Assembly (NCBI RefSeq): GCF_902713615.1
Contig: NC_052158.1
Span: forward strand, 41,345,729-41,409,728
Direction: 5' to 3'
Origin: Scyliorhinus canicula
Taxonomy: Eukaryota
Length of the DNA stretch: 64,000 nucleotides
Numbering within the stretch: the stretch's first letter is position 1; each line of letters begins with the position of its first letter. Under the pieces are notes generated by a model. The model searched no databases, was not told the origin of the DNA, and was given only the letters and a program-made list of their open reading frames with translations. Positions 22,874 to 35,699 of the stretch are shown here, one piece after another. The position numbers and the translations under genes are program-made.

Positions 22874-23590
22874 CCATTGGACAACGCTGGTCGATGAATC
22901 AACCACTTCCGGCATAAAATCCGCTTTTGTAAACCTATTTTCAAATGTAATATTTGACAGAAAATCAATAACATGATGGCATTGATTAGTTTAGGTGGTG
23001 GGAAATAAATTTGTGTTTAGTTCTGTAATCTCTGTCACTTACGCCCAGTCACTCCAAAATGAAATGAAAATTTGCATTGGTGTTTCTCTTCGATTACAAT
23101 TTTTGATTCCAGAACCGGGAACAGCAGTGGCACATCTTATTCCCCTCACAGCAAGGGTCCCAGCAACTTCTGTTTGTACTCGGGGCCAGGAGCCTGGACA
23201 TTGGGTCCATTTGAAATACCTCGAGCCAGCCCAAATCTATCCTTTGCCCATTGGGCTTCCCATTCCACCCCGCAGATTGACCCTTGGAAATCCCGCAGTG
23301 TACTGGAAAAGTCTGGGCCCCGTTGGAAATTTGAAGTTGTTGGGACATCACTGTTTTAATACTTGGATTTGGCATAATACAGATATTATCACCACCACAT
23401 GGATTAACTTTTAGAAGTATCGCTTGCAAATTTGAGACACTCAATGCTAATTATCATGTGTTTTTGCAACTTGTAATTTGGCGGGTATCACACTGTTTAA
23501 AAAAATTGTTTCAAATTTCATATATTGAGTGCACAATTTTATTATCTGTATGCTTATTGGTGTGAATAAAATCTTCCCCTTATCTCCTTG
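22874..23590 (+). other. B2M: Probable non-coding exon 4 / 3' UTR of B2M
   Basis: Acceptor ttttcttcttttgtag ends at 22873; AATAAA at 23004-23009 and 23565-23570. Confidence 0.55.
23565..23570 (+). terminator. Candidate B2M poly(A) signal
   Basis: AATAAA followed by a U/GU-rich tract; an alternative lies at 23004. Confidence 0.5.
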
Positions 23591-23639
23591 TTGTCTCATT
23601 TAACTGCACTGGAGAGAAGAAACCATCTCATTCACCCTA

Positions 23640-24790
23640 TCATTATTGTGAGTAATCCCAGATGCGAGGAGGCTTCAAGGTAATTTAGACAACTTGACTG
23701 AGTGGGCAGACACATGGCAGATGTCGTAAAATGCAGCTAAATGCAACATTCTACAATTTGGTGTGAAAAACAGAAAGTGATATATTAAATGGTGATATAT
23801 TGGGAAGTATGGATGTAAAAAGGGATCTGGATGTCCTTGTGCACCAGTCAATGAAAGTAGAGGGGAAGCAAGCAATTAGGAAGGCAAATGGCACATTGGC
23901 CTTCATTCCAAGAAGATTTGAGTTCACAAGTAGAGATGTCTTGCTGTGGTTATGCAGGGCCTTGGTGAGATCACACCTGGAGTATTGTGTGCAGTTTTGG
24001 TCTTGCTACCTAAGAAAGGATATACTTGCCATGGAGTGAATGCAATGGATGTTCACAAGCCTGACAGAGGGTTGGCCGGACTATCCTATGAGAGAGATTG
24101 GCTCAACTGGGCCTGTATTCACTAGAGTTTAGAAGGATGAGAGAATATTGAAACATAGAAAATTCTAACAGTGCTAGATAGTCTAGGTGCAGGGAGGATG
24201 TTTTCACTGATTGTGGAGTCTAGGTAGCACAGTGGTTAGCATAGTTGCTTCACAGCACCATGGTCTCTGGGTTCGATTCCCAGCTTGGGTCACTGTCTGT
24301 GCGGCGTCTGCACGTTCTCCCCATGTCTGCATGGGTTTCCTCCGGGTGCTCCAGTTTCCTCACACAATTCCCGGAAGATGTGCTTGTTAGGTGAATTGGA
24401 CATTCTGAATTCTTTCGCAGTATACCCGAACAGGTGCCTGAGTGTGGCGACTAGGGGATTTTCACAGTAACTTAATTGCAGTGTTAACGTAAGCCTATTT
24501 GTGACACTAATCAATATTATTCTGGAACCAGTGGGCACCGTCTCTGGGTACGGTGTAGACTATTTAGGACTGAGATGAGAGAAAAAATCTCTTCCCTCAA
24601 AGGGTAGAGAACCTGTGGAATTCTTTTCCATAGAAGGCTGTGGATGCCAAGTCACAATGTATTCAAGAATTTTAATGCCATCAAGATTTATAGGGATAAA
24701 AAAACTGAATGTGGTATTGAGATTTGAGGATCAACCATTGAATTGTGGAGCAGGCTCAAAAGGCTACTCCTTGTAGTTTCTATGTTAAAG
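23640..24790 (+). mobile_element. CR1 LINE RT 3' half interrupted by a SINE
   Basis: RDLDVLVHQS..IRKANGTLAFI..LVRSHLEYCVQFWS.YLRKDILAME. Confidence 0.85.
24222..24520 (+). mobile_element. tRNA-derived SINE
   Basis: gtagcacagtggttagc..gggttcgattccc..gtgacactaat. Confidence 0.9.
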
Positions 24791-25439
24791 GTAGTAGAAA
24801 GAACTAGGAGATGATTCATTCAGGAAGCCTCTGTACATTGAGACATTGATCCCACTACTTGTAAAGTTTTTAGGAGTCTTTGGGTGTCAATCTGTGCATA
24901 TACCAAGCTTTGGAAGAAATGACTGAACTCAGTTCCCATCTGCTGTTTTATTCCAACCTTTTGATAAGTGAAGTGGTATTGGTAGCAAAGGTTGGAATAA
25001 TAAACTGCCTATCTGGAGTTACAGTAAGGAGGGAGATAAATCTTGGACTGATTGGACCACATGTAGTACCTGGATAGCAGGTACTTGTCGAGGGTCATCG
25101 GCAGGTCAATGCTCCAAATCATAGAAACATAGAATCTCTAAAGTACAGGAGGTGGCCATTCGACCATCCAGTCTGCACCAACCCTCTGAAAAAGCACCCC
25201 ACATATGCCCACTCCTGTGCCTTATCCCCATAATCCCACTTAACCTTTTAGATAGTAAGGGGTAATTGAGCATAGCTAATCCATTTCAACACCCAAGTTC
25301 AGGACCAATGGGCAGAATCATCACAATATTATGTACTGCTTATAAAACCTGCAAAGGCAATTTGCAAGAACATTTATCAATCAATATTTAACTCTGGCCA
25401 GATAACGGCACTTGTCTGAAAGCTTGATAAAATATTTTA

Positions 25440-25725
25440 AATAATGCCTAAATAAGGGACTTTTTCCTCGGGTGGAACAAACCATTACAAGGGGACATAA
25501 ATTTAAGGTGAGGGTGGAAGAGATAGGGGGGGGGGATGTCAGAGGTAGGTTCTTTACCCAGAGAGTAGTGGGGGCATGGAATGCACTGCCTGTGAAAGTA
25601 GTTGAGTTGGAAACATTAGGGACCTTCAAGCGGCTATTGGATAGGTACATGGATTGCGGTGGAATGCTGGGGTGTAGATTGAATTGGTCTTAAACTAGAA
25701 CAAAGGTTCAGCACAACATCATGGG
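25440..25725 (+). mobile_element. CR1 LINE 3' end
   Basis: TRGHKFKVR..RGRFFTQRVVGAWNALP..TFKRLLDRYM. Confidence 0.85.
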
Positions 25726-27496
25726 TTCTATAACAACGCACAACCTCACAAACCACAGTTTGTGCAATTGTTACCTCTTGCCCTCCTCCCCTCCCCATCC
25801 CCCATGACAAGCAATTCCTCAAACATTGTCATGAACAACCCCCACGCTGTCTCAAAGCCCTTCTCTGACCCCCTCAATTCAAATTTGATCTTTTCCAACC
25901 GGAGAAAGGCGTACAAGTCCCCCAGCCAGGCCCCACTGACGGCGGCGTATCTGACCTCCAATTCAAGATCCTTCACTGGGCAATTAAAAAGCAAAGGCCC
26001 CCCTCCATCAGCTCCGGATTTTCCGATATCCCAAAGATCACCACCATTGGGTTCGGCCTGACGTCCACCGACACAATTTTAGATAGCGTCTCAAACACCG
26101 CTTCCCAGAGTCTCTCCAGTTTCTCACAACCCCAAACTACGTGTGCATGATTCGCTGGCTCTCGCCCCACACTTCCTGTACTCATCAGCCACCCTTTGGA
26201 AGAACAGCCACTCATCCTCACCCGAGTCATATGCACCCTGTGCACCACCTTGAACTGAATCAAGCCCATCCTCACGCAAGAAGACGGTTGAACTCACCCT
26301 ATGCATTGCCTCACACCACAGCTCCCAGTCTATTTCCCCCCTCATCTCCTCCCATTTGCACTTGATCCTCACCACTTGCTCCCCCAACCACCCATAGATG
26401 TCCCCAATACCACCCTCTCCCGACTCATTCGGGAGCAGCCGTTGCTCCAATAGGGTACCCCGGCAGCCTGTGAAATGACCTCCAGTCCTTGCAAAGTCCG
26501 AGACCTGCATATACCTAAATTCACTCTCCTTCGGCAACTCAAACCTCTCCCACAACTCATCCAATTCCGCAAACTGCCCTTCCGGATACAAGTCCCTCAT
26601 CCTCTCCTGTCCCGCCTCCCTCCACTTCCCGTACATCCCATTCATCCCCCCGGCTTAACCCTATGCTTCCTGTACAATGGCGTCAACATCAACATCCCCT
26701 CCAATTTAAAGTGCTTCTTCAGCTGATTCCACACCCTGACCACCGACTGTACCACTGAGCTCCCTGGAGCTAACGGCAGCGGAGCCGTCACCATGGCCCT
26801 CAAGCTGGATCCCCTACAGGACTCCTCCTCCACCCTATCCCACTCCGTCCACTCTGCATCATCCCCCATCATCGCCTCACCTTCTCCATGTTCGCTGCCC
26901 AATAATAGTGTAGCAGGTTCGGGAGCGCTAACACCCCTCTGCCTCCGTAGTAGAGCCCTCTTTACCCTCGGCACCTTCCCCGCCCATAAAAACTCTGAGA
27001 TCACCATCTCCAATTTCTGAAAGAAGGCCTTCGCGAGAAAGATAGTGATGATCTGGGAAACAAACTGGAACCCTGGCAGCACATTTATTTTCACAACCTG
27101 CACCCTCTCTGCCAACGTCAGGTGTAATATGTCCCATGTCTTCTAATCTCCTCCACCAACCTTGTTAAATTCCATCTGTGCACCGTAGCACATTCCCTCA
27201 TCACCTGAATCTCCTAATGCCCGAACCTTTCTCCAGCAACCTAAATGGCAACATCTCCATATTGGTCCCCATCCCCGCCGCATTCAATGGAAACGCCTTG
27301 CTCATCCCGACGTTCAACCTATACCCAGAGTAGGCACCAAACCTCTCCAATGTTCCCATGATCCTACCCGTACTCTCCAGCAGATCCAATATAAACAACA
27401 GATAGTCTGCGTACAGCACACCCAGTGCTTGCTGCTCCCCCTCACAATCCCTTGCTCCTCCATTGAACCTGTTAGGGTCATCACCAAGGGCTCAAT
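25726..27496 (-). mobile_element. 5'-truncated L1/Tx1-like LINE
   Basis: LYADYLLFI..FGAYSGYRLNV..RVQVVKINVLP..FLWAGKVPRV..LIQFKVVHR; degenerate frames. Confidence 0.85.
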
Positions 27497-28477
27497 CGCA
27501 TGCCTTCTTCCCATAATTACATAAACCTGTGTAAATAACGGAGGAGATAATTTAAAGGTCCCATCAACATACCACACCAGAATCTAATAGAAACACAGTC
27601 CAGCTCTGTCTCCCAAAAATTAAAATTCTATCATCTTCATGACCACTGTCTGCTATTAAAAAGTTCTCGCGTTCACCATTGTTCTTCATATAATGTTTGT
27701 AATCATCAGGGATCACTAATTCACGAACATGAACAGGGTTTGGAGGAACGAGGTTCATTTGATTTCTTCTTCTCCTTACAATTTGCTTCATTGCGTCTGC
27801 AGTTGGAAGTACTCCTTGAGCGGCTTGAGAATTATTTTCTGTACAATAACTTAAAATTGCCGATGGTTGATCTTGACTCTGTCCAGCCCGGCGCTTTACA
27901 CTTGTTTTAATTGCAGCTACTTCCACGCTTGCTGCTGAAGCACCATGAGAATGCTCATTTATTTCCTTTATCACTTCATTGTTTTCACATCTCCAAAACT
28001 TCATCAAAGTGTCCTTCTTGCTATGCTTGTCGAACACATATCGATATCCATTGTGAGAAAATTAAGTTTGTCTTTCTTACTTAAAATTCTTTCAACCATT
28101 TCTGCAGATGGGTTCAACTTAACTACTTTTAAATCTTTAAGAGAAAGTGAAATTCTAAAAGTGAAATTCTGACAGTATGTTGCGCTACAGAACTAGGTGA
28201 TGAGTACTAACTAGGCAGTTCCTATACTCTTAATAAGCATTAACTAGGTAATATTGGCATACATTCACCAGAGTAATACTTGTGCAAAAAGGGCTAAATT
28301 GTTAAATTGTTTGGGCAGGTTTCGTAACTTAAAATTTGTAGTGGGCTAGTCAGCACTGAATATTGGCGGCGCCAAATCGTTGAATGCCAAAAGCATGGGC
28401 GCCAAAACATATGGCGCCAAAACGACGGCGCCACAAAATCGGCGCCAAAATGGCGGGGCCAAATGGTACCATTCCCG
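27497..28477 (-). mobile_element. 5' part of a Mutator/MULE (Phantom-like) transposon with a FLYWCH-MULE transposase remnant
   Basis: HNGYRYVFDKHSKKDTLMKFWRC (FLYWCH-like), then WYVDGTFKLSPPLFTQVYVI (first catalytic D); GGCGCC subterminal repeats at 28365-28470; ATG about 28099, frameshifted. Confidence 0.85.
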
Positions 28478-29618
28478 ACCCTGTGAACTCACTCCCAGAC
28501 TGTAGTTATACTGTACACAGTTTGGCCCTGTGAGCTCACTCAAAGACTGTAGTTATACTAGACACAGTTCGATCCTGTGAACTCACTCCCACACTGTAGT
28601 TATACTGTACACAGTTTGATCCTGAGAACTCACTCCCAGACTGTAGTTATACTGTATACAGTTTGATCCTGAGAACTCACTCCCAGACTGTAGTTATACT
28701 ACACACAGTTTGACCCTGTGAACTCACTCCCAGACTGTAGTTATACTACACTGCTTGACCATGTGAACTCACTCCCAGACTATAGTTATACTGCACACAG
28801 TTATACCCAGTGAACTCACTCCCAGACGGTAGATATACTACACAGTGTTTGACCCTGTGAACTCACTCCCGAACTATCGTTATACCACAGTTTAACACTA
28901 AACTCACTGTCAGACTGTAGTTATAGTGTACACAGTTTGGCCCTGTGAGCTCACTCCCGGACTGTAGTTATACTACGCACATTTTGATCCTGTGAACTCA
29001 CTCACAGACTGTAGTTAAACTGTACACAGTTTGATCCTGTGAACTCATTCCCCAACTGCGGTTATACTACACACAGTTTGACCCTGTGAACTCACTCCCA
29101 GACTGTAGTTATACTGCACGCAGTTTGACCCTGTGAACTCGTTCCCAGACTGTAGTTATACTACACCTTTTGACCCTGTGAACTCCCAGACTGTAGTTAC
29201 ACTACACACATATTGACCCTGTGAACGCACTCCCAGACTGTAGTTATACTGCACATAGTTATACCCTGTGAACTCACTCCCAGACTGTAGTTATACTACA
29301 CTGTTTGATCCTGTGACATCACTCCCCGTCTGTAGTTATACTGCACACAGTTATACCCAGTGAACTCACTCCCAGACAGTAATTATACTACACAGTGTTT
29401 GACCCTGTGAACTCGCTCCCCAACTATCGTTATACTACAGTTTGACCCTGTGAACTCACTCCCAGACTGTAGTTATACTGCAGTTTGACCCTGTGAACTC
29501 ACTCCCAGACTGTAGTTATACTGTACACAGTTTGACCCTGTGAACTCCTTCCCAGACTGTAGTTATACTACATTGTTTGACCTGTGAACTCACTCCCAGA
29601 CTGTAGTTATACTACTTT

Positions 29619-29963
29619 GGGGCAGCAGGGTAGCATGGTGGTTAGCATAAATGCTTCACAGCTCCAGGGTCCCAGGTTCGATTCCCGGCTGGGTCACTGT
29701 CTGTGTGGAGTCTGCACGTCCTCCCCCTGTGTGCGTGGGTTTCCTCCGGGTGCTCCGGTTTCCTCCCACAGTCCAAAGATGTGCAGGTTAGGTGGATTGG
29801 CCATGCTAAATTGCCCGTAGTGTCCTAATAAAAGTAAGGTTAAGGGGGGGGGTTGTTGGGTTACGGGTATAGGGTGGATACGTGGGTTTGAGTAGGGTGA
29901 TCATGGCTCGGCACAACATTGAGGGCCGAAGGGCCTGTTCTGTGCTGTACTGTTCTATGTTCT
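29619..29963 (+). mobile_element. Young full-length SINE in the satellite
   Basis: Intact A/B boxes and tail; near-identical to 34176-34524. Confidence 0.95.
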
Positions 29964-32900
29964 ACACACAGCTTGGCCCTGTGAACTCACTCCCACACTG
30001 CAGTTATACTGTACACAGTTTGACCCTGTGAACTCACTCCCAGACAGTAGTTATACTGCACGCAGTTTGACCCTGTGAACTCGTTCCCAGACTGTAGGTA
30101 TACTACTGTTTGACCCTGTGAACTCACTCCCAGACTGTAGTTCTTCTACACACAGCTTGACCCTGTGAACTCACTCCCCAACTATCGTTATACTACAGTT
30201 TGACCCTATGAACTCACTGTCAGACGGTAGTTATACTGTACACAGTATGGCCCTGTGAGCTCACTCCTAGACAGTAGTTATACTACACAGTGTTTGACGC
30301 TGTGAACTCGCTCCCCAACTGTCGTTATACTACAGTTTAACCCTAAACTCACTGTCAGACTGTAGTTATACTGTACACAGTTTGGCCCTGTTAGCTCACT
30401 TCCAGACTGTAGTTGTACTACGCACAGTTTGATCCTGTGAACTCACTCCCACACTGTAGTTATACTGCACACAGTTTGACCCTGAGAACTCACTCCCAGA
30501 CTGTAGTTATACTGTACGTGGTTTGACCCTGTAAACGCACTCCCACACTGTAGTTATACTGTACACAGTTTGACCCTGAGAACTCCCAGACTGCAGTTAT
30601 ACTGCACACAGTTTGACCCTGTGAACTCGTTCCCAGACTTTAGCTATACTACACTGTTTAACCCTGTGAACTCACTCCCAGACTGTAGTTCTTCTACACA
30701 CAGCTTGACCCTGTGAACTCACTGCCAGACTGTAGTTCTTCTACACACAGCTTGACCCTGTGAACTCACTGCCAGACTGTAGTTATACTACATTGTTTGA
30801 CATGTGAACTCACTCCCAGACTGTAGTTATACTACACTGCTTGACCATGTGAACTCACTCCCAGACTATAGTTATACTGCACACAGTTATACCCAGTGAA
30901 CTCACTCCCAGACAGTAGACATACTACACAGTGTTTGACCCTGTGAACTCACTCCCCAACTATCGTTATACTACAGTTTGACCCTATGAACTCACTGTCA
31001 GACTGTAGTTATACTGTACACAGTTTGGCCCTGTGAGCTCACTCCCAGACTGTGAACTCACTCCCAGACTTTAGTTATACTACACAGCGTTTGACATTCT
31101 GAACTGACTCCCAGACTGTAGTTCTCCTGCACACAGTTATACCCAGTGAACTCACTCCCAAACTGTAGAAAAACGACACAATGTGTGAGCTTCTGAACTG
31201 ACTCCCAGACTGTAGTTATACTACACAGTTTGGTCCTGTGAACTCACTCCCAGACTGTAATTATACTACACACAGTTTGACCCTGTGAACTCACTCCCAG
31301 ACTGTAGTTATACTACACAGTGTTTGACCCTGTGAACGCACTCCCAGACTGTAGTTACACTGCTCAGAGTTTGATCCTGTGAACTCACTCCCAGACTCTA
31401 GTTATACTGTACACAGCTTGATCCTGTCAACTCATTCTCAGACTGCAGTTCTACTACACAGTTTGACCCTGTGAACTCACTCCCAGACTGTAGTTATACG
31501 ACACAGTTTGACCCTGTGAACTCACTCCCAGACTGTAGTTATACTATACACAGTTATACCCAGTCAACTCACCCCCAGACAGTAGTTATACGACACAGTG
31601 TTTGACCCTGTGAATCCGCTCCCCAACTGTCGTTATACTACAGTTTGACCCTGTGAACACACTGTCATTCTGTAGTTATACTGTACACAGTTTGGCCCTG
31701 TGAACTCACTCCCAGTCTGTAGTTATACTGTACACAGTTTGATCCTGTGAACTCACTCCTAGACTGTAGTTATATTACACACAGCCTGACCCTGTGAACT
31801 CACTCCCAGACTGTAGTTATACGACACAGTTTGATCCAGTGAACTCACCCCAGACAGTAGTTATACTGCACACAGTTTGGCTCTGTGAACTCACTTCCAG
31901 ACTGTAGTTATATTGTACGCAGTTTGACCCTGTGAACTCACTGCCAGACTGTAGTTATACTACACTGTTTGACCCTGAGAACTCACTCCCCAACTGTCGT
32001 TATACTACAGTTTGACCCTATGAACTCACTGTCAGATTGTAGTTATACTGCACACAGTTTGACCATGTGAACTCGCTCCCAGTCTGTAGTTATACTGTAC
32101 ACAGTTTGACCCTGTAAATCACTCCCAGACTATAGCTATAATATACAGCGTTTGATCCTGTGAACGCACTTCCAGACTGTAGTTATACTGTACACAGATT
32201 GACCCTGTGAACTCCTTCCCAGACTGTAGTTCGCCTGCACACAGTTATACCCAGTGAAATCACTCCCAAACTGTAGTTATACGACACTATGTTTGAGCTT
32301 CTGAACTGACTCCCAGACTGTAGTTATACTACACACAGTATGATGCTGTGAACTCACTCCCAGACTGTAATTATACTACACACTGTTTGACCCTGTTAAT
32401 CACTCCCAGACTGTTGTTATACTACACAGTGTTTGACCCTGTGAACGCATTCCCAGATTGTAGTTACACTGCTCAGTTTGACCCTGTGAACTCACTCCCA
32501 GACTGTAGTTATACTGCACAGTTTGACCCTGTGAACACACTCCCGAACTGTAGTTACACTGCACAGTCTGATGCTGTGAATCACTCCTAGACTGTTGTTA
32601 TACTACAGTGTTTGACTCTGTGAACACACTCCCAGACTGCACAGTTTGACCTTGTGAACTCACTCCCAAACTGTAGTTATACTGTACACAGTTTGATCCT
32701 GTGAACTCACTCCCAGACTGTTGTTATACCACGCAGTGTTTGACCCTGTGAACTCACTGTCAGACTGTAATTATACTACACAGTGTTTGACCTTCTGAAC
32801 TGACTCCCAGATTGTAGTTATACTGCCCAGTGAACTCACTCCCAGACTGTAGTTGTACCGTACACTGTTTGACCCTGTGACTCACTCCCAGACTGTTGTT

Positions 32901-34175
32901 ATACTACACAGTGTTTGACCCTGTGAACTTACTCCCAGACTGTAGTTACACTGCACAGTTTGACCCTGTGAACTCACTGCCAGACTGTAGTTATACTACA
33001 CTGTTTGACCCTGGGAACTCGCTCCCCAACTGTCGTTATACTACAGTTTGACCCTATGAACTCACTGTCAGACTGTTGTTATACTGTACGCAGTTTGGCC
33101 CTGTGAACTCACTCCCAGACATTAGTTATACTACACACAGTTTGACCCTGTGAACTCACTGTCGGACTGCAGTTATACTACACACAGTTTGATCCTGTGA
33201 ACTCACTCCCAGACTGTAGTTATACTGCACACAGTTTGACCATGTGAACTCGCTCCCAGTCTGTAGTTATACTGTACACAGTTTGACCCTGTAAATCACT
33301 CCCAGACTATAGCTATAATATACAGCGTTTGATCCTGTGAACGCACTTCCAGACTGTAGTTATACTGTACACAGATTGACCCTGTGAACTCCTTCCCAGA
33401 CTGTAGTTCGCCTGCACACAGTTATACCCAGTGAAATCACTCCCAAACTGTAGTTATACGACACTATGTTTGAGCTTCTGAACTGACTCCCAGACTGTAG
33501 TTATACTACACACAGTATAATGCTGTGAACTCACTCCCAGACTGTAATTATACTACACACTGTTTGACCCTGTTAATCACTCCCAGACTGTCGTTATACT
33601 ACACAGTGTTTGACCCTGTGAACGCATTCCCAGATTGTAGTTACACTGCTCAGTTTGACCCTGTGAATTCACTCCCAGACTGTAGTTATACTGCACAGTT
33701 TGACCCTGTGAACACACTCCCGAACTGTAGTTACACTGCACAGTCTGATGCTGTGAATCACTCCTAGACTGTTGTTATACTACAGTGTTTGACCCTGTGA
33801 ACTCACTCCCAGACTGTAGTTAGACTGCACAGTTTGACCTTGTGAACTCACTCCCAGACTGTAGTTATACTGTACACAGTTTGATCCTGTGAACTCACTC
33901 CCAGACTGTGGTTATACCACGCAGTGTTTGACCCTGTGAACTCACTGTCAGACTGTAATTATACTACACAGTGTTTGACCTTCTGAACTGACTCCCAGAT
34001 TGTAGTTATACTGCAGTTATACCCAGTGAACTCACTCCCAGACTGTAGTTATACAGTACTACACAGTGTTTGACCCTGTGAACTTACTCCCAGACTGTAG
34101 TTACACTGCACAGTTTGACCCTGTGAACTCACTCCCAGACTGTATATATAGTACACACAGTTTGACCTTGTGAAC

Positions 34176-34524
34176 GGGGCAGCAGGGTAGCATGGTGGTT
34201 AGCATAAATGCTTCACAGCTCCAGGGTCCCAGGTTCGATTCCCGGCTGGGTCACTGTCTGTGTGGAGTCTGCACGTCCTCCCCCTGTGTGCGTGGGTTTC
34301 CTCCGGGTGCTCCGGTTTCCTCCCACAGTCCAAAGATGTGCGGGTTAGGTGGATTGGCCATGCTAAATTGCCCGTAGTGTCCTAATAAAAGTAAGGTTAA
34401 GGGGGGGGGGGGTTGTTGGGTTACGGGTATGGGGTGGATACGTGGGTTTGAGTAGGGTGATCATGGCTCGGCACAACATTGAGGGCCGAAGGGCCTGTTC
34501 TGTGCTGTACTGTTCTATATTCTA
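34176..34524 (+). mobile_element. Young full-length SINE in the satellite
   Basis: Near-identical to 29619-29963 but at a different position in the repeat unit. Confidence 0.95.
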
Positions 34525-35699
34525 TAACTCACTCCCAGACTATAGCTGTACTATACAGCGTTTGGCCCTGTGAACTCAGACTGTAGTTATACTGTATACA
34601 GTTTGACCCTGTGAACTAATTCCCAGACTGTAGTTATACTGTACACAGTTTGACCCTGTGAACTAATTCCCAGACTGTAGTTATACTGTACACAGTTTGA
34701 CCCTGTGAACTCACACGCAGACTGTAGTTACAGTTTATGAGTTGTATCACGTAGTGAAACTTTAGTCTGTGCGCTGGTTTCGGTTGATAACGTTTGTGGA
34801 AATGAGGGCCAAGAGGTCTGAGTGGTAACCCCGTTTCTGGAATGGAGACAATGTACTGTAACCAGAAATCTGTGTGCATGCTGCGTGTGTGTCTGTGCCA
34901 TGTCTGCTGACTGCTTGGTGAGTTTCCCTTGTTGCTTGAGGACTGTTCTGTGGCTCCTCCCCAGTCACATATTGAACAACCTGTCTGCGCTGTCCATTTG
35001 TTTCCTGTTTTGTTAGCAGCCGCGGAGAGTACCAGGGAGTTTCCACAGTCGCCCAGTGCAGGGCGGAGATCTGCTCCTCCCTGGTATCCCCGGCAGGTCA
35101 AACCAGCCCCACTCACCAGGCAATAACCCATGCAGCCCCCAGAGCTCCCCCACCCCCTCCACCCCGTTTCAAACCAGCATCACCGAACACTTCCTCAAAA
35201 TAAAGACACCCTGCACCTTTCCTTCTCCTGCATCCTCCTCCCAATCTACAACAGTCTTCTCCAAGCACTTTCATGGGTTTTCCCTCCCAGATCCCCATTT
35301 TCCAACTCCATGTTGGAATTCTTCTGATCCAATTTCCCCTGCTGACACAGTGCGGACAGAACTGGAGCTCCAGGGAAAGTGTGTGTCGGGGAGGGGGAGA
35401 TCCCTACCCTCCAGGTTTCCAGCTCTGGATTGCGCCGCAGCTGGCGGGTAATCAAACATCCGATGGGAATTGCCCAGCACTTCCAACACATGTGATTCAA
35501 ACTTTGGATAGTTCCAGACTGACATCAATAGAAAAAGTAATGCAGATTAAGGACACTTCACAGTTTCTGGGTAATGATTGTACTGACCCCACGCTACCCC
35601 ACTGGGGGACAGTGCGAAAACCTAACCCTCATCGAATGTCCCAACCCCTGACTAACCTCCAAACCTGAGATGGCCAACCCCACCTCCCCCGACATTTAA

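Larger units (their letters stand above)
28478..34725. repeat. ~43-47 bp satellite with higher-order duplications
   Basis: Unit tttgaccctgtgaactcactcccagactgtagttatactgtacacag, over 120 copies. Confidence 0.97.

Noticed and set aside
28478-34725. Regular ~46-bp periodicity superficially like a CRISPR array
   Set aside because: Head-to-tail degenerate monomers with no unique spacers, no cas genes, and a vertebrate context.
34730-35690. Unique island with donor-like GTGAGT sites on both strands and short ORFs
   Set aside because: No consistent exon phase or recognisable protein. Not BRD2 or any other MHC gene I can identify.
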